Origin: a virus
IMG/VR virus record: IMGVR_UViG_3300042914_003164
Span: 32,001 to 96,000 of that record
DNA: 64,000 bases
Strand: one strand, 5' to 3'
A model generated the notes under the pieces. The model was not told the DNA's origin and did no database searches. It saw only the letters and a list, made by a program, of their open reading frames with translations. How positions within the stretch are numbered: position 1 is the stretch's first letter; every line of letters begins with the position of its first letter. The position numbers and the translations under genes were made by a program. Below, in pieces: positions 8,654 to 19,500 of the stretch.

Positions 8654-9646
8654 ATGCTTCTCGCAGGTGTTCCCCTTATCCCTGAGCTTTTCCTTGGCTA
8701 TCAGCAGGAAGAGATCAAGGACAAAAACGCTCTCGTGACCTCTGGCCTCATGGTCACGAACGGCGCCATCCAAGAAGAATTCCAGAAAGGTGGCAAGACT
8801 ATTGACCTTCCTTTCTTCGGTGATCTCGGCGGTGATTCGGAGATTGACTCTGACACCGTGCCTTCCGTGCCCGAGGACATTGCCGGTGATCTCCAGGTTG
8901 GCGTGCGCCTGATGCGCCGGAAATCCTGGAAGTCCAGCGACCTTGCTGCTGATCTGTCCGGTTCTGACCCTGCTCAGGCAATCGCCCGTAGCACTGGTCG
9001 CTACTGGATCCGTGACATGCAGAAGAGCTGCACCAGCATCCTGCGCGGTGTGTTCGGAAGCGGCGGCCCCCTGGTCACAAGCCACTCTGTTGGCGGCACA
9101 GGCGAAGCTCTTTCGCAAAGTCTGATGGTTGCTGGTATCGCCAAGCTTGGTGACGCTGGTGATGAGCTGACCGGCGTGATGATGCACTCTCAGGTCTTCT
9201 ATGCCCTGATGAATCTGGATCTGATCGTTCCCGCCAGCCAGACCTCTCAGATCGACACCCGCCTGTCTGCTGAGGCTCTGGAGCGCCCCACCTACCTGGG
9301 CCGCCCGGTGTTTGTGGATGACAAGCTGCCCTTCGACCTGAGTGCTGGCACTGGTGGTGGTAGCGGTAAGACCGTGTATCACACCTACTTCTTCGGCCCC
9401 GGCGCTTTCGCCTATGCAACCGCTCCGGCCAAGAATCCGGTTGAAACCGATCGGGACAAGTTCCTTGGGATTGACTTCCTGATCAATCGCACCCACTACT
9501 TGGTACATCCCAACGGGATCTCTTGGACCGGCAACGCAGCCGCCAACGCTCCGAGCAACGCCGAACTGCAAACTTCTGCCAACTGGAAGAAGGTGTTCGA
9601 CGACGACCGCAACATTCGGATCACCCGAATGCTCTGCTACGTCTGA
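8654..9646 (+). CDS. major capsid protein
   Basis: 330 aa; GGKTIDLPFFGDL, DLAADLSGSDP, MHSQVF, YLGRPVFVDD, HPNGISW; strong codon bias. Confidence 0.92.
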   Translation: MLLAGVPLIPELFLGYQQEEIKDKNALVTSGLMVTNGAIQEEFQKGGKTIDLPFFGDLGGDSEIDSDTVPSVPEDIAGDLQVGVRLMRRKSWKSSDLAADLSGSDPAQAIARSTGRYWIRDMQKSCTSILRGVFGSGGPLVTSHSVGGTGEALSQSLMVAGIAKLGDAGDELTGVMMHSQVFYALMNLDLIVPASQTSQIDTRLSAEALERPTYLGRPVFVDDKLPFDLSAGTGGGSGKTVYHTYFFGPGAFAYATAPAKNPVETDRDKFLGIDFLINRTHYLVHPNGISWTGNAAANAPSNAELQTSANWKKVFDDDRNIRITRMLCYV

Positions 9647-9666
9647 TTGGTCACTGAAGTTCAAAT

Positions 9667-9690
9667 GCCCCGGTTCGCCGGGGCTTCAAT
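9667..9690 (+). terminator. hairpin after MCP (weak T tail, possible attenuator)
   Basis: GCCCCGG-TTCG-CCGGGGC. Confidence 0.6.
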
Positions 9691-9708
9691 CTTTCTGAGG
9701 ATTCAACC

Positions 9709-9981
9709 ATGAGTGCTGGTACTTTCAGGATGCGACGCGAGGCCGCCGAGCGTGCTGCTGCTGAGCGTGCTGCCCAAGAGGCCGCTTCCGCCCCCGAGCC
9801 CGCCCCCGAGCCCGCCCCGGAGCCCGCCCCGGAGACCGACGAGGAGACCGACGAGGAGGCTGCCGCTCCTGCTGCCGCTTCCGCGCCCGAGCCCGCCCAG
9901 GGGGCCGCCGCAGAGCCGAAGGCGAAACCCGCAGCTACGGTTGCCAAAGCGAAGCCGAGTACCGCTTCTCGGCCCGCCTGA
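9709..9981 (+). CDS. Ala/Pro/Glu low-complexity protein
   Basis: APEP repeats; position directly after MCP. Confidence 0.65.
   Translation: MSAGTFRMRREAAERAAAERAAQEAASAPEPAPEPAPEPAPETDEETDEEAAAPAAASAPEPAQGAAAEPKAKPAATVAKAKPSTASRPA
9790..9858 (+). repeat. 12-bp tandem repeats (GCCCCCGAGCCC-type about 4 copies; GAGACCGACGAG x2)
   Basis: Visible directly; encode APEP and ETDE. Confidence 0.8.
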
Positions 9982-9989
9982 GGTGAGCC

Positions 9990-10646
9990 ATGGCCTTTGT
10001 CTCGACACTGGGGGCGACTGACGCCAACTCCTACCTGTCGGTAGCAGAGGCCATCGAGCTGCTTGAGGTCTTGCCTCAGAGTTTTGGTGTTGCTGCCTGG
10101 CTGGACTTCACGGAAGAGCAGCAGGAGCAAACGCTGGTAGCTGCAACGATGGCGATCAACCCTTTGCATTGGAAGGGTCAGCCATCCTCTACCGAGCAGA
10201 GTCTTGCGTGGCCCAGGCGCGTCATTGCGGACCACTACTTTGTGGCCGATGACGAGCTGCCGATTGATTTTAAGACTGCCGTTGCCTACATGGCAGCATT
10301 TCTTGGTATCAATGGTGGCTACACAGGAATCGCTAACGCAGACGGCGGCTCTAAGAGGTATCGCAATAGCGAGTATGAAGAGGTTGAGCTTGGCCGAAGT
10401 GATCTAAGGGTCAAGTTTGATAAGAGTGGGGCGCTGCAGACTGGCGCCCTCTTCATACCGCCTTTTTGCATGGACATCTTTGCGCGATACATGATTCGCG
10501 GAGAATTTAACCAGCCCAGGGTCAGAAGGGAATCGAACGCAAGGATTGGTTACAGGGGATTCGTGGCCAGGCAGAAGGCTTCTGGCGTGCGATACATCAA
10601 TGGGCAGCTCTGGCCCTATGGCGGCACCTGGAGCAATAGGTTCTGA
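9990..10646 (+). CDS. head-tail adaptor (DnaT-like family)
   Basis: ANSYLSVAEA...LVAAT..WKG....QSLAWPR. Confidence 0.8.
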   Translation: MAFVSTLGATDANSYLSVAEAIELLEVLPQSFGVAAWLDFTEEQQEQTLVAATMAINPLHWKGQPSSTEQSLAWPRRVIADHYFVADDELPIDFKTAVAYMAAFLGINGGYTGIANADGGSKRYRNSEYEEVELGRSDLRVKFDKSGALQTGALFIPPFCMDIFARYMIRGEFNQPRVRRESNARIGYRGFVARQKASGVRYINGQLWPYGGTWSNRF

Positions 10647-10648
10647 TC

Positions 10649-11035
10649 ATGTCTCTTGTAGATGACATTTTTGGTGACTTACCTGGCCCGTTAATTGATG
10701 AGTGGGGGATTCCTGGCGTCTACGTCAAGAAGCCTCTTGAGCCTGAGTACGATCCTGATCTGGGGACGTTTGCTGCGACAACCGCGCCTGATGCCAGGGT
10801 GAATGTGAGCATCCTGCCCTTGCAGATTCAGCCCGAAGAGGCAAAGGGTGAGGTTCAGCTTACGGACGTAAAAATCCTGATTGCTGCTGAAAAGCTTGGT
10901 GACTACTACCCCAAGGTTGCAGACTGGATTGAATACTCTCAGGCTGGTGTCACACGAGTCGCCAAAATTGTTGCGCCTACGTCCTACCGTGGAACGGGTC
11001 CAATTCTTCATGCTGTATTTGCGAGGTTGACGTAA
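10649..11035 (+). CDS. head closure/head-tail joining protein
   Basis: Synteny; YDP..G and D.KILI motifs. Confidence 0.6.
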   Translation: MSLVDDIFGDLPGPLIDEWGIPGVYVKKPLEPEYDPDLGTFAATTAPDARVNVSILPLQIQPEEAKGEVQLTDVKILIAAEKLGDYYPKVADWIEYSQAGVTRVAKIVAPTSYRGTGPILHAVFARLT

Positions 11036-11631
11036 TGCAAAGAGCGAATCGACCAACACCAAGAGAGTCTGACCTAAGGCGCAGGGGTAGAGGTGGCTGG
11101 GGCTCGGTTTCTGAAAGAATTAAGAATCGAGTCAACCTTGCAGCCAGACAAGCGGCAGCGAACGTAATGAACGACCTTGCCGAGGCTGGCCCCGCCTATA
11201 GCGGCAAGTTTCGTGATAGTTGGCAGGCTCGTGCGATTGCCACTGGTGCAACTTCAGCCGGTGGCTATCCATACACAACTCGCAGGATTCCTATGCTGCC
11301 GACTACAGCAAGGGAGATGGATCGTGTTGCCGTATTTGAGATTGCAAATACATCTCCTTACGCTCTCTATGCTATGGATTTAATCCCTGGCACATGGAGA
11401 AAACCAAAAGGCGTTGAGCCGCTCGGTGGTATTGATTTTGGCGTCAAATACGGCGATAGAGAAAAAGGAACAACGTTCCGCTGGGAGGTGCAACCCGGAG
11501 ATGGCGATAACGTATCAACTGCGGCGCAGGATTGGTACTCAAACTATGTTCGCGGTGGCGGACTTTCGGATGGCGTGAAAAGAGCCGTGAAGCTTGCCTT
11601 TGGTGCTGGCCCCGGCGTTAACATCAGATAG
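11035..11631 (+). CDS. tail completion protein (HK97 gp10-like)
   Basis: GPAYSGKFRDSW...IANTSPYA. Confidence 0.65.
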   Translation: MQRANRPTPRESDLRRRGRGGWGSVSERIKNRVNLAARQAAANVMNDLAEAGPAYSGKFRDSWQARAIATGATSAGGYPYTTRRIPMLPTTAREMDRVAVFEIANTSPYALYAMDLIPGTWRKPKGVEPLGGIDFGVKYGDREKGTTFRWEVQPGDGDNVSTAAQDWYSNYVRGGGLSDGVKRAVKLAFGAGPGVNIR

Positions 11632-11644
11632 TTGAGGCAGTGAA

Positions 11645-12076
11645 ATGGATCACCAAAAGATATGCGCAGCGATTGAGAAACCATTTAACACCGCCTTCAA
11701 AGCGCTGACACCACCTGTCAAGATTTACTTTGATAATGTTACGGCAATGCCGCCTGATGCCCCCGGCGAGTATGTCAGGATCAATATCACATTTGGGATG
11801 ACAAGTGAAGACGCCCTTGGCTGCCTGCTTGATCGAGCAAGGGGTGCCATCATTGCCAGGATTTTTACGCCCAAGAATGCTGGCGCCGCTCGCGCAAGAC
11901 AACTTGCGACTAGCGCAAGAACTGTTCTGGAGGACCTGGCAAAGGGGCCAAAGGGTGTGTCTGGGATATTCCTAAGAACAAGAGATGTAGAGGGGCCAGC
12001 TTTCTTTGCTGATAATACCGAACCTCACTTTATGGCCCGCCTTGAGGCGACATGGCAGGCCAGTGATCTTGGCTAG
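11645..12076 (+). CDS. tail terminator protein
   Basis: IYFDNV...GAIIARIFTPKNAG; precedes the tail tube gene. Confidence 0.7.
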   Translation: MDHQKICAAIEKPFNTAFKALTPPVKIYFDNVTAMPPDAPGEYVRINITFGMTSEDALGCLLDRARGAIIARIFTPKNAGAARARQLATSARTVLEDLAKGPKGVSGIFLRTRDVEGPAFFADNTEPHFMARLEATWQASDLG

Positions 12077-12100
12077 GATTGTGACATCGGGCAGTGCCCG
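12071..12100 (+). promoter_or_regulatory. putative late promoter GGCTAGGAT plus leader hairpin CGGGC-AGT-GCCCG
   Basis: Same architecture as upstream of MCP. Confidence 0.55.
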
Positions 12101-12126
12101 CACTGCTGTTCTCCGCACCAAGGTCC

Positions 12127-12882
12127 ATGTCCTGTGAAACCACGGTACTGACCGGCTCTTCGGGCGCTTTTTGGTATAAACCTGCCAACACCGAAGCCTG
12201 TCTCACCGCCGCCGCTTTTCCCACAACTGGCGCAAACATTACGGGTCCAGCTTTCTTGGGCTTCCGTGTCAATGATCCTGTAACCCTTGCCTACCCTGTT
12301 GGTGCAACTGTCACCGGGGCAATCGCTGCTGGCAACTACTTCATCAAAACCTACGATGCTCCAACCGGGGTGATAACGCTCAGCTCCACCGCTGGTGGCA
12401 CTGCCGTTACCGCAACCGCCGCTCCCACCGGCTTTGGTGATTCGCTGGCCACCATTGTCTATCGGAGCTTTGCCCCTGTTGCTCAGACTCGGGATTGGAG
12501 CTTTGAGGTTACTCTTTCCGAGATTGATGTAACTACCATCGGTGTTCCTGCTGGTCAGTTTGCGCCTTTCCGGCGCTACCAAACCTCTTACGCTGATGGC
12601 ACTGGCACCGCAACCATCTACTTCACCGAAGATGATAGCGCCCTGGCCAACCGCCTCATTACTGACGTGATGCAGCGTAAGCAAAAGGGTGCTGCGGTGA
12701 AGCTCTACATTGATACCGTTTCATCTGGCGGCACTGTCAGTGACATCCTCAGCCGCTACATCGAAGCGCCCGTGGTGCTCACGTCCGCCAACTTCGCGGC
12801 AAACCCCGACGACGCTCTCGCTATCACCGTCAATTTCCGACCCAGCGGTAACGTGACTCTCGACTTCCTGCAGAGCGCCTGA
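12127..12882 (+). CDS. major tail (tube) protein
   Basis: RDWSFEVTLSEIDVTTIG...DGTGTATIYF; capsid-like codon bias; followed by terminator and chaperone. Confidence 0.85.
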   Translation: MSCETTVLTGSSGAFWYKPANTEACLTAAAFPTTGANITGPAFLGFRVNDPVTLAYPVGATVTGAIAAGNYFIKTYDAPTGVITLSSTAGGTAVTATAAPTGFGDSLATIVYRSFAPVAQTRDWSFEVTLSEIDVTTIGVPAGQFAPFRRYQTSYADGTGTATIYFTEDDSALANRLITDVMQRKQKGAAVKLYIDTVSSGGTVSDILSRYIEAPVVLTSANFAANPDDALAITVNFRPSGNVTLDFLQSA

Positions 12883-12906
12883 TTCAGCTCTCTCGATGGT
12901 CCCATG

Positions 12907-12932
12907 GCCTCCGGTTATCCGGGGGCTTTTTT
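12907..12932 (+). terminator. Rho-independent terminator
   Basis: GCCTCCGG-TTAT-CCGGGGGC-TTTTTT. Confidence 0.85.
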
Positions 12933-12965
12933 GTTGCTATAGTAGATGGGCCTCCGATTATTCAC

Positions 12966-13382
12966 ATGGCCTCCCCGAATGCGCCGATGGGCTTTGGTGC
13001 CGCTCTTGAGAAGCTCAAGAAAGTAGCGAACCTTGAGCCTGTCCGCAAGGACATCCACCTGAACGATGGTGTTACGACCCTGACAATGTATGTGACCCCC
13101 TTGGTGGCCGCAGAGCGTGATCGTGCTCGCGCAAACGCCAAGAAGGCTTCCAAGTCCGATGACGACAGCAACTGGCTAATGCACCTCTTGGTGCTGAAGG
13201 CCAAAGATGAAGACGGCAATCCGATGTTCACTTCTGGTGAAATCGAGGAGCTGAAGCGCGAAGTGCGTGACGAAGACCTGCAAAAGCTTCAGCTTGCTGT
13301 GCTTGGCAGTGACGATGACAGCATTGAAACCTCGTCAAAAAAATCGCAGACGAACTCCGGCAAGACCGCTGGACCTACCTGA
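12966..13382 (+). CDS. tail assembly chaperone (gpG-like)
   Basis: Between tail tube and tape measure; KAKDEDG.PMF motif; slippery site near 3' end. Confidence 0.8.
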   Translation: MASPNAPMGFGAALEKLKKVANLEPVRKDIHLNDGVTTLTMYVTPLVAAERDRARANAKKASKSDDDSNWLMHLLVLKAKDEDGNPMFTSGEIEELKREVRDEDLQKLQLAVLGSDDDSIETSSKKSQTNSGKTAGPT

Positions 13383-13531
13383 AGATGGTGGTTGCCGAGA
13401 CCCTCGGCAAGTTCTATGTTGAAGTCAATTCAACGATTACGGACGAAGAACTCTTGATGTGGTCTGGATACTTTCAGATCAAGAAAGAGGATCAAGACGA
13501 GTCGATGAAGAAGGCAAAGAGGGGGCGCTAG
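13337..13531 (+). CDS. tail assembly chaperone gpGT extension via -1 frameshift
   Basis: A_AAA_AAA at 13337-13343; -1 frame reads IADELRQDRWTYLKMVVAETLGKFYVEVNSTITDEELLMWSGYF...GR to TAG 13531. Confidence 0.8.
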   Translation, partial: KKIADELRQDRWTYLKMVVAETLGKFYVEVNSTITDEELLMWSGYFQIKKEDQDESMKKAKRGR

Positions 13532-13544
13532 GCCCCCCTTTTTC
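13517..13544 (+). terminator. terminator-like hairpin over the gpGT stop
   Basis: GGGGGC-GCTAG-GCCCCC-C-TTTTT. Confidence 0.6.
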
Positions 13545-13581
13545 TTGGCTACGCTGGTGCTACTTGGGTCGATAGTGCGCC

Positions 13582-16500
13582 GTGGCGGTCAACAGAGAAA
13601 CGATTCAGATTCAAATATCCGGTGGCGATAGAATAAGGGATCTTGACAGGGCGCTAAGGGACGCCGCTCGTGGAGTTGACGAGCTAAATCAAAGTCTCGC
13701 TGGCGCGGAAGAGAGACTTCAAGCCCTTGGTGCAGAGCAAAGAGCATTTACACAGGGTACTCGCAGGCTTGGCACACAAGCAAGGAGAGCGCGTCAGCTG
13801 GAGATGGATCTTGGCTCTGGGGCTGGTGCGAGCCAGGCCGAGACAGCCGCAACAAGAAGCAGTCTCAGGTTAAGAGCTACGGCAATTCGCCGCGAACTGC
13901 GCGAAAGAGCCACAGAAAGGCGGCGGCTTGAGCAGAGAACTCGATCCGCAATGGAGCAAAGTGGAGTAGAGGAAACTCGCCGCACTGAACTTCGACGGCA
14001 ATTCGACAATCTTATTGACGCTCAGGGTGATTACGCGGATCAGATTCGCCAAAACGCCAATGAAATGGCGCGTCAGCTCAGGCAAACACGAAACAGGTCA
14101 GCAATAAGAACGACAAATACAAGGCGAGCTAGGTACGAAGAAGCGATAGAAAGACTTGGCACCGGGGCTGAATTTGGTGACAGGCCCACGTCTGGATTAA
14201 GGCAAAGGTTTGCCGAAATTCGCCAATCGGCTTCGCTCAGGTCTGTCGAGTTGGACAGACTTGAGGAGGCTGAGGCGGCTGTGCGTTCGGGAGCCGCTGC
14301 GCGAATAAGAATGCTGCGCGGTGAGCTTGCCTCTAGGAGAATAATGGGAGAGGTGGGCTCAGGGCGCCAAGAACCAGAGGCGCGTGCAGTCAGGGACCAG
14401 ATTAACGACATACTCAATGAAGTTGCCGCTAGATCGGGCGGCTTTCAGACGACAAGGGCCAGGCTGGTTACAGAGCAAGGCAGCCTTGCGGAGAGGTTGC
14501 GGGAGGCTCTCAGGACTGGTAGGGGTCGCAGGGAGGGATTCGATTTTTCTCGCAGGCTTGGTGAGCGACGGGATCGACTTGTAGCAGAACAAGCGATTGA
14601 ACCAAGAACCCTTGATAGGGTTAATTCTGCCCTGGAAAGGGCCGGGGCACTAAGAGATGCCGGAGACATAGAAACAGCAAAGGAGGTGTTAAAGGGTGCT
14701 GAAAGAACGATTGCCGCAAGAGAAAGAGAATTAAAACTGCAGAGAAACATCACAAGAGAGAGAGAGGGCGGACTTGACGCCGAAGTTGACAGAACCAACA
14801 AACTCAACAGCCTGCAAAGAAAGCTCAATGAGCTTCGCGGCGGCGGCGCCCGTGGCTTTGCGATTCAACGTGCTGAGGGCCTGGTGGCGAGGCTGCCTGA
14901 GCTTGAGCAAGCTGGCAATTTTGGTGAATTTAATCGCGTCAGCAAGCAGGCTTCGGATCTACTTTCTGCTACTAGCTCTGCGCTGACACGACAAAACAAA
15001 AGCACGGCGACCATCTCTCGCTTTCAGAAGGGAATCGCCAAGATTGAAGGTAAAATCGCCCAAAACAAGCAAATTACACTTGAGGAGGCTAGTCGCCTAC
15101 AAGCGTTCAACGAGGCCCAGCGTCGTGAACGCGGCCTTGGCCCTGCTCAGCTTGCTCTGCCCTCTGGCGACCCCTCTCTGCCTCGATTCAGGGGCGGCGC
15201 AAGACCCGCTGGCGAGGGCATGATTGGCAGAACCGCCGAAGAAGCATCTACCGCTCTGCGCGAGATCCAATCCGACTTCATCAAGAAGGCCGCCAAGCCC
15301 GTTGGTCAGAAGTTTGTTGAAGCACTGGCAGAGGCGAGTACAAGTGCCATCACGGGCAGGGGCATATTTGAAGCCTTCCAGGGCTTTGCCAAAGGATTTG
15401 GAAAGCTCGCTACATCACAGGGCGCTGGCGGCAAGGCTGCTACTGGGGCAATTGACCCCGCAGAGGCCCAGACTCGATTCAATAAGGCACTCAACTCCAG
15501 TCGAGCGCTTACGGAGCAACTTAACACGCTTGAGGTCGAAGGAGTCAATGTAGCGCAAGAAAGGATCAAACTGGAAGCCGCCCTCAAGGCTACCAGGAAA
15601 ACCAATTTTGAGCTGAACAGGAGTAGCCTAGAGGCGATTGAGGATCAACTTAGCAATACCCGCTCCTTTGTGAGCGCGGAAAGAGCGGTAATTACACAAG
15701 TAGCGAAGCGCAACAAGCTTGAGCAAGATGCTCTTGACGGCCAAACGGCTAGAACCAATAAACTCCTGGGCCTACAAAGAAAGCTTGGGGAGCTGACAGC
15801 CGCTGGCGTAGGCGGACCAGCCCTGCAACGCGCTCAAGGTCTCATCGGAAAACTTCCCGGCCTTGAGCAGGGCGGCAATCTAGGCGAGTTCGACCGTGTT
15901 GCTGCGCGAGCCTCTGCCTCCCTCCTTGACGCTGCCTCTGCCTCCAGGCTTCAAGCTTCGGCATCGAGAGATGTTGCCGCCGCCGACAAAGCAAGGGCCG
16001 CTGCAACCAAGGGCGCACAGGATGCCGAATTCAAGCTTCGCCAGCTCACGACAAAAGGTGTTGATCCTCGCCAGCTCGCAGCTCCTGTAGGCGGAAAAAC
16101 AACCTCCCTCCAGAAGATCATCAACCGAGCCTCCTCTGAGGCAGCTTTTGGCGACCCCGCAAGAGCCAGTGAACTGTTGGATATTGCCAATAGGCGGGTT
16201 GAGGTGCTTGGTCGAGAGCTTGGCCTTGCTAAGTCAGTTGAATCGCAGGAGAAAAAGAGAGTAAATGCCTCCAAAGCTGTTACAAGGGAAAATGAAAAGC
16301 AGAGCAAAGCAGCGGTTGCCCTTGCCTCCCAGAGGGAAGATGCGCTCGATGCGGAAGTCAGCAGAACTCTCAAGCTCGAAAAACTAGAAAGGCAGCTCAA
16401 CGAGCTTCGCGCTGCTGGAGCCAAGGGTGTCAGCTTCCAGCGGGCCGAGATGTTTATTGGCAGACTGCCCGCCCTTGAGCAGGCTGGCAATTTCCGTGAA

Positions 16501-19500
16501 TTTGAGCGTGCCGCGAAAGTGAGCGCAGAGGCGCTGGCGGCTACAAGGGCTGGAATGGCTGCCAGCAAGAAGGCTGCGGGCGGCGCAATTGACCCGGCAG
16601 AGGCTCAGACCCGACTAAGCAAGGCGCTCAATTCCAGTCGAGTGCTTCAGGAGCAGCTTAACACTCTTGAGCTGAAGGGTGTCAATGTAGCACAAACCAA
16701 GGCAAACCTGCAAAATGCGATAAACAATGCCAAACAGTCTACTTTCCAGCTTACAAGAGATAATCTGCAAGAGCTTGAGCGCGAGCTTGAGGCCGTTCGT
16801 TCCTTGGTTGCAGCCGAAAAATCTGTAACAGCAGAGCAGGAAAAGCAGTCAAAGCTCAGAAAGATTTCCGGCGAGAATCTTCCACGTATCAGGCGGGACA
16901 CTCTCTCTGGTCTTCTTGGCGATATTCGAGAGTCTGGCGGTGCCGGTCGCGTGCTGATGGGCGGCAGGAGTGCCGAAGGCGCAATTGAGCAAATCGTTCA
17001 GACCTTCAACCGCAGCGTTGGCACTGGAGCTACGGCTGGCAAGGCCGGTCAACAACTGGGCCTAAATGATCTTGCGAAAGTCTCCAAGGCTTCTACAAGA
17101 GAGCTTGAGCTGCTATCGGAAACTCTGACAATGGTTCGCGCTGGAATGCGGACTACTGACAAAGGCTTCGATCAGATCGGTGACACGATTGCTCGGGTCA
17201 ATCGCCAGATCCAAAGAACTGATCCCGATGCCGACTTCCTGACCCGCCGGTTAGGCGTCAGGGGCGGCAGGGCGGCCAGTGAGGGCCTGATTGGTGGTGC
17301 GTTCCCCCTCCTGTTCGGGCAGGGCATTGGAGCGGCTGCTGGTGGTGCTGCTGGTGGTGCTCTTGGCGGTGCTGCTGGCGGGATGCTGGGCTTCGGCCTG
17401 TCCCTGACTGGCACGGCGATTGGCACGGCGGCTGACAACTTGATGCAGGCGGCTCAGGACACGGGGGACATGCTCCGCGACCTGACGGGGAACTTTGATC
17501 AGATCAAGGAAGCTGGACTGCTTGCAAGTCGGACTCAGGAGAAGCTGGTTGAAAGCCTGATTCAAGGTGGCGAGAAAACCGCTGCATATTCGATCATTCA
17601 GGCGGAGCTGAATAGAAAACTTGGCGGAGAAGGTGTTTCCAGGCTTCGCGCCGCAGCTGACGCTGGTGATCGCATGAAGCGTGCAATGGCTGAGCTTGGT
17701 ATTCAAATCCAAGAAGCTGTTTCCGGCCCTCTTGCAGCACTGCTCAACTGGGTTTCTGGAGTTGTCGAAGAGGGCAACAAGGTCAACAGATATGGGCTCT
17801 TGTTACAGCAGCTGCCGCCAGAGAGGGCTCAACAACTTCGTCAAGAGACTCTGGGGGCTGTCGCTCAAGCAGGGCAACTCAATCCCTTCCGTGTAAGGTC
17901 TCCTCTGCTTGGCACTCAAAATCTTGAGCCAGACGAGGGAGAAGTTGCCCGCATTGCCACACTTGGCCAGCTCTCCGCAATTCTTGCCAAGTTTGAGGCT
18001 TTTGTCCCATCTACTCCCCAGACAGAGGAGGAGAAGAGGTCGGCTGCGATAAGGGAGGCCGAAGTTGAGGTCTCTCGCGCCCAGCGCGATCTCCAGGCTG
18101 TCTCCAGAGAGCTTGAAAGCATTGACATCCTGAAAGGCTTTGAGCAGCGCATTGTTGCTGCCAAGAGAGAGCAGGAAGATATTGATCGCCAAGCTTTTGA
18201 AGCCCGCCGTGACTACGAGCGTCAGATTGCGGACATTCGTGAAAGCGTAGAGAATAGGGTCTCTCAGATCAATCAAGAAAATAAGCAGAAAGAGATTGAC
18301 CTGATCGTTAAGCAGGGCGAGATCCGTCAGGCTCAATTCAGGAATGCTGCTCTTGCGATTCAGGGCGAGCTTGCTGGTGACGAGCTTGCATCCAGCCTTG
18401 CTGATGCTGTTAGCACCTATCTCGGTGCTCAGCTTTCCGCGCAAGACCAGATTGAGCAGCGCCGCGCACAGTTTGAGCTTGACCTTGCTAACCAAGAGAT
18501 TGAGATTGGTAAGTTCAAAATTGACATTGCCAAGAGTGTGTCAAGGTTAAATCTTGATACAAACGAGAAAATTCAGGCTATCAATCTGAACATCGCCAGG
18601 AGAAACGAGGACGCGGCAAAGAACACTTTTGAATTTGAGAAGAAGATTGCCTCGCTTAAGTTAAAGGCAACTACCAGGGAGCTTGTTCTTTCGCGGAGTC
18701 AGGATGAAATCGACCTTGAGGCGCTGAGAACGCGCAACGCTTCCCTGCCGAGCAACCCGGTGCTAGATGCGCAAGTAAAGGTGCTGGAAACGAGAGTTGC
18801 GGAGACCAGGAAAGCGACTGACGAAATCCTGGGCATGATCAAGGAGGTGGAGGCCATGCCCCCTCCTGCGCAAATTCGCCCTGTTGCGCCAATTTCAGCT
18901 AAATCCGTAAGCACTGCTGGCGTTGATAGGGCCTTCGCAAGGGGTGTCGCTCTTAGCAGGCAATTCCAAGAGCTTGAAGACCAGCTTGTTGCCCTAGTGA
19001 AAGCTGGGGATGCCCAAGAGTTAGTCAATCAACTTGACAGAATTGCGCTCACCGCTGGCAGGCAGCTCGCCACATCACTGTCTGATGCAGTCAAGGAATA
19101 TGGAGTGGCGGTCGGAGACCTGAAACCGATCATTGATGGCGTTGACCAATCCTACGAAGAACTTCGCAATTCCTTTGCTCGACAAAAGCGCCCAGTTACC
19201 CCAGAGCTGGAGAAGCTGCTTGAGGGATACCGCAAGGCACAGATTGCACTAGAGGAACTTGCCCCTACGCAAAGGTTCTACAACGATGCCATAAGTGGCT
19301 ACACAGGTGAGATTGATCAGCTCAAAGGCTCGATTAACGATCTCCTTGGCCCCACGTCAGCTTATGAAAAAGAACTTCAGCGTATCAATGAGTCTGGTGG
19401 CATCCAAGTCAATCCAGAACTGAATACCAGGCTTCTTGAGGCTGCGGCAAATACTGACAGGCTTAGGGAGAAGCTTGAGGCGCTCAACGCCTTGAACGAT

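Noticed and set aside
8609-9664. 351-aa antisense ORF over the capsid gene, and similar shadows over tail tube, TMP and AbrB
   Set aside because: Explained by strong codon bias on the sense strand; no protein-like motifs
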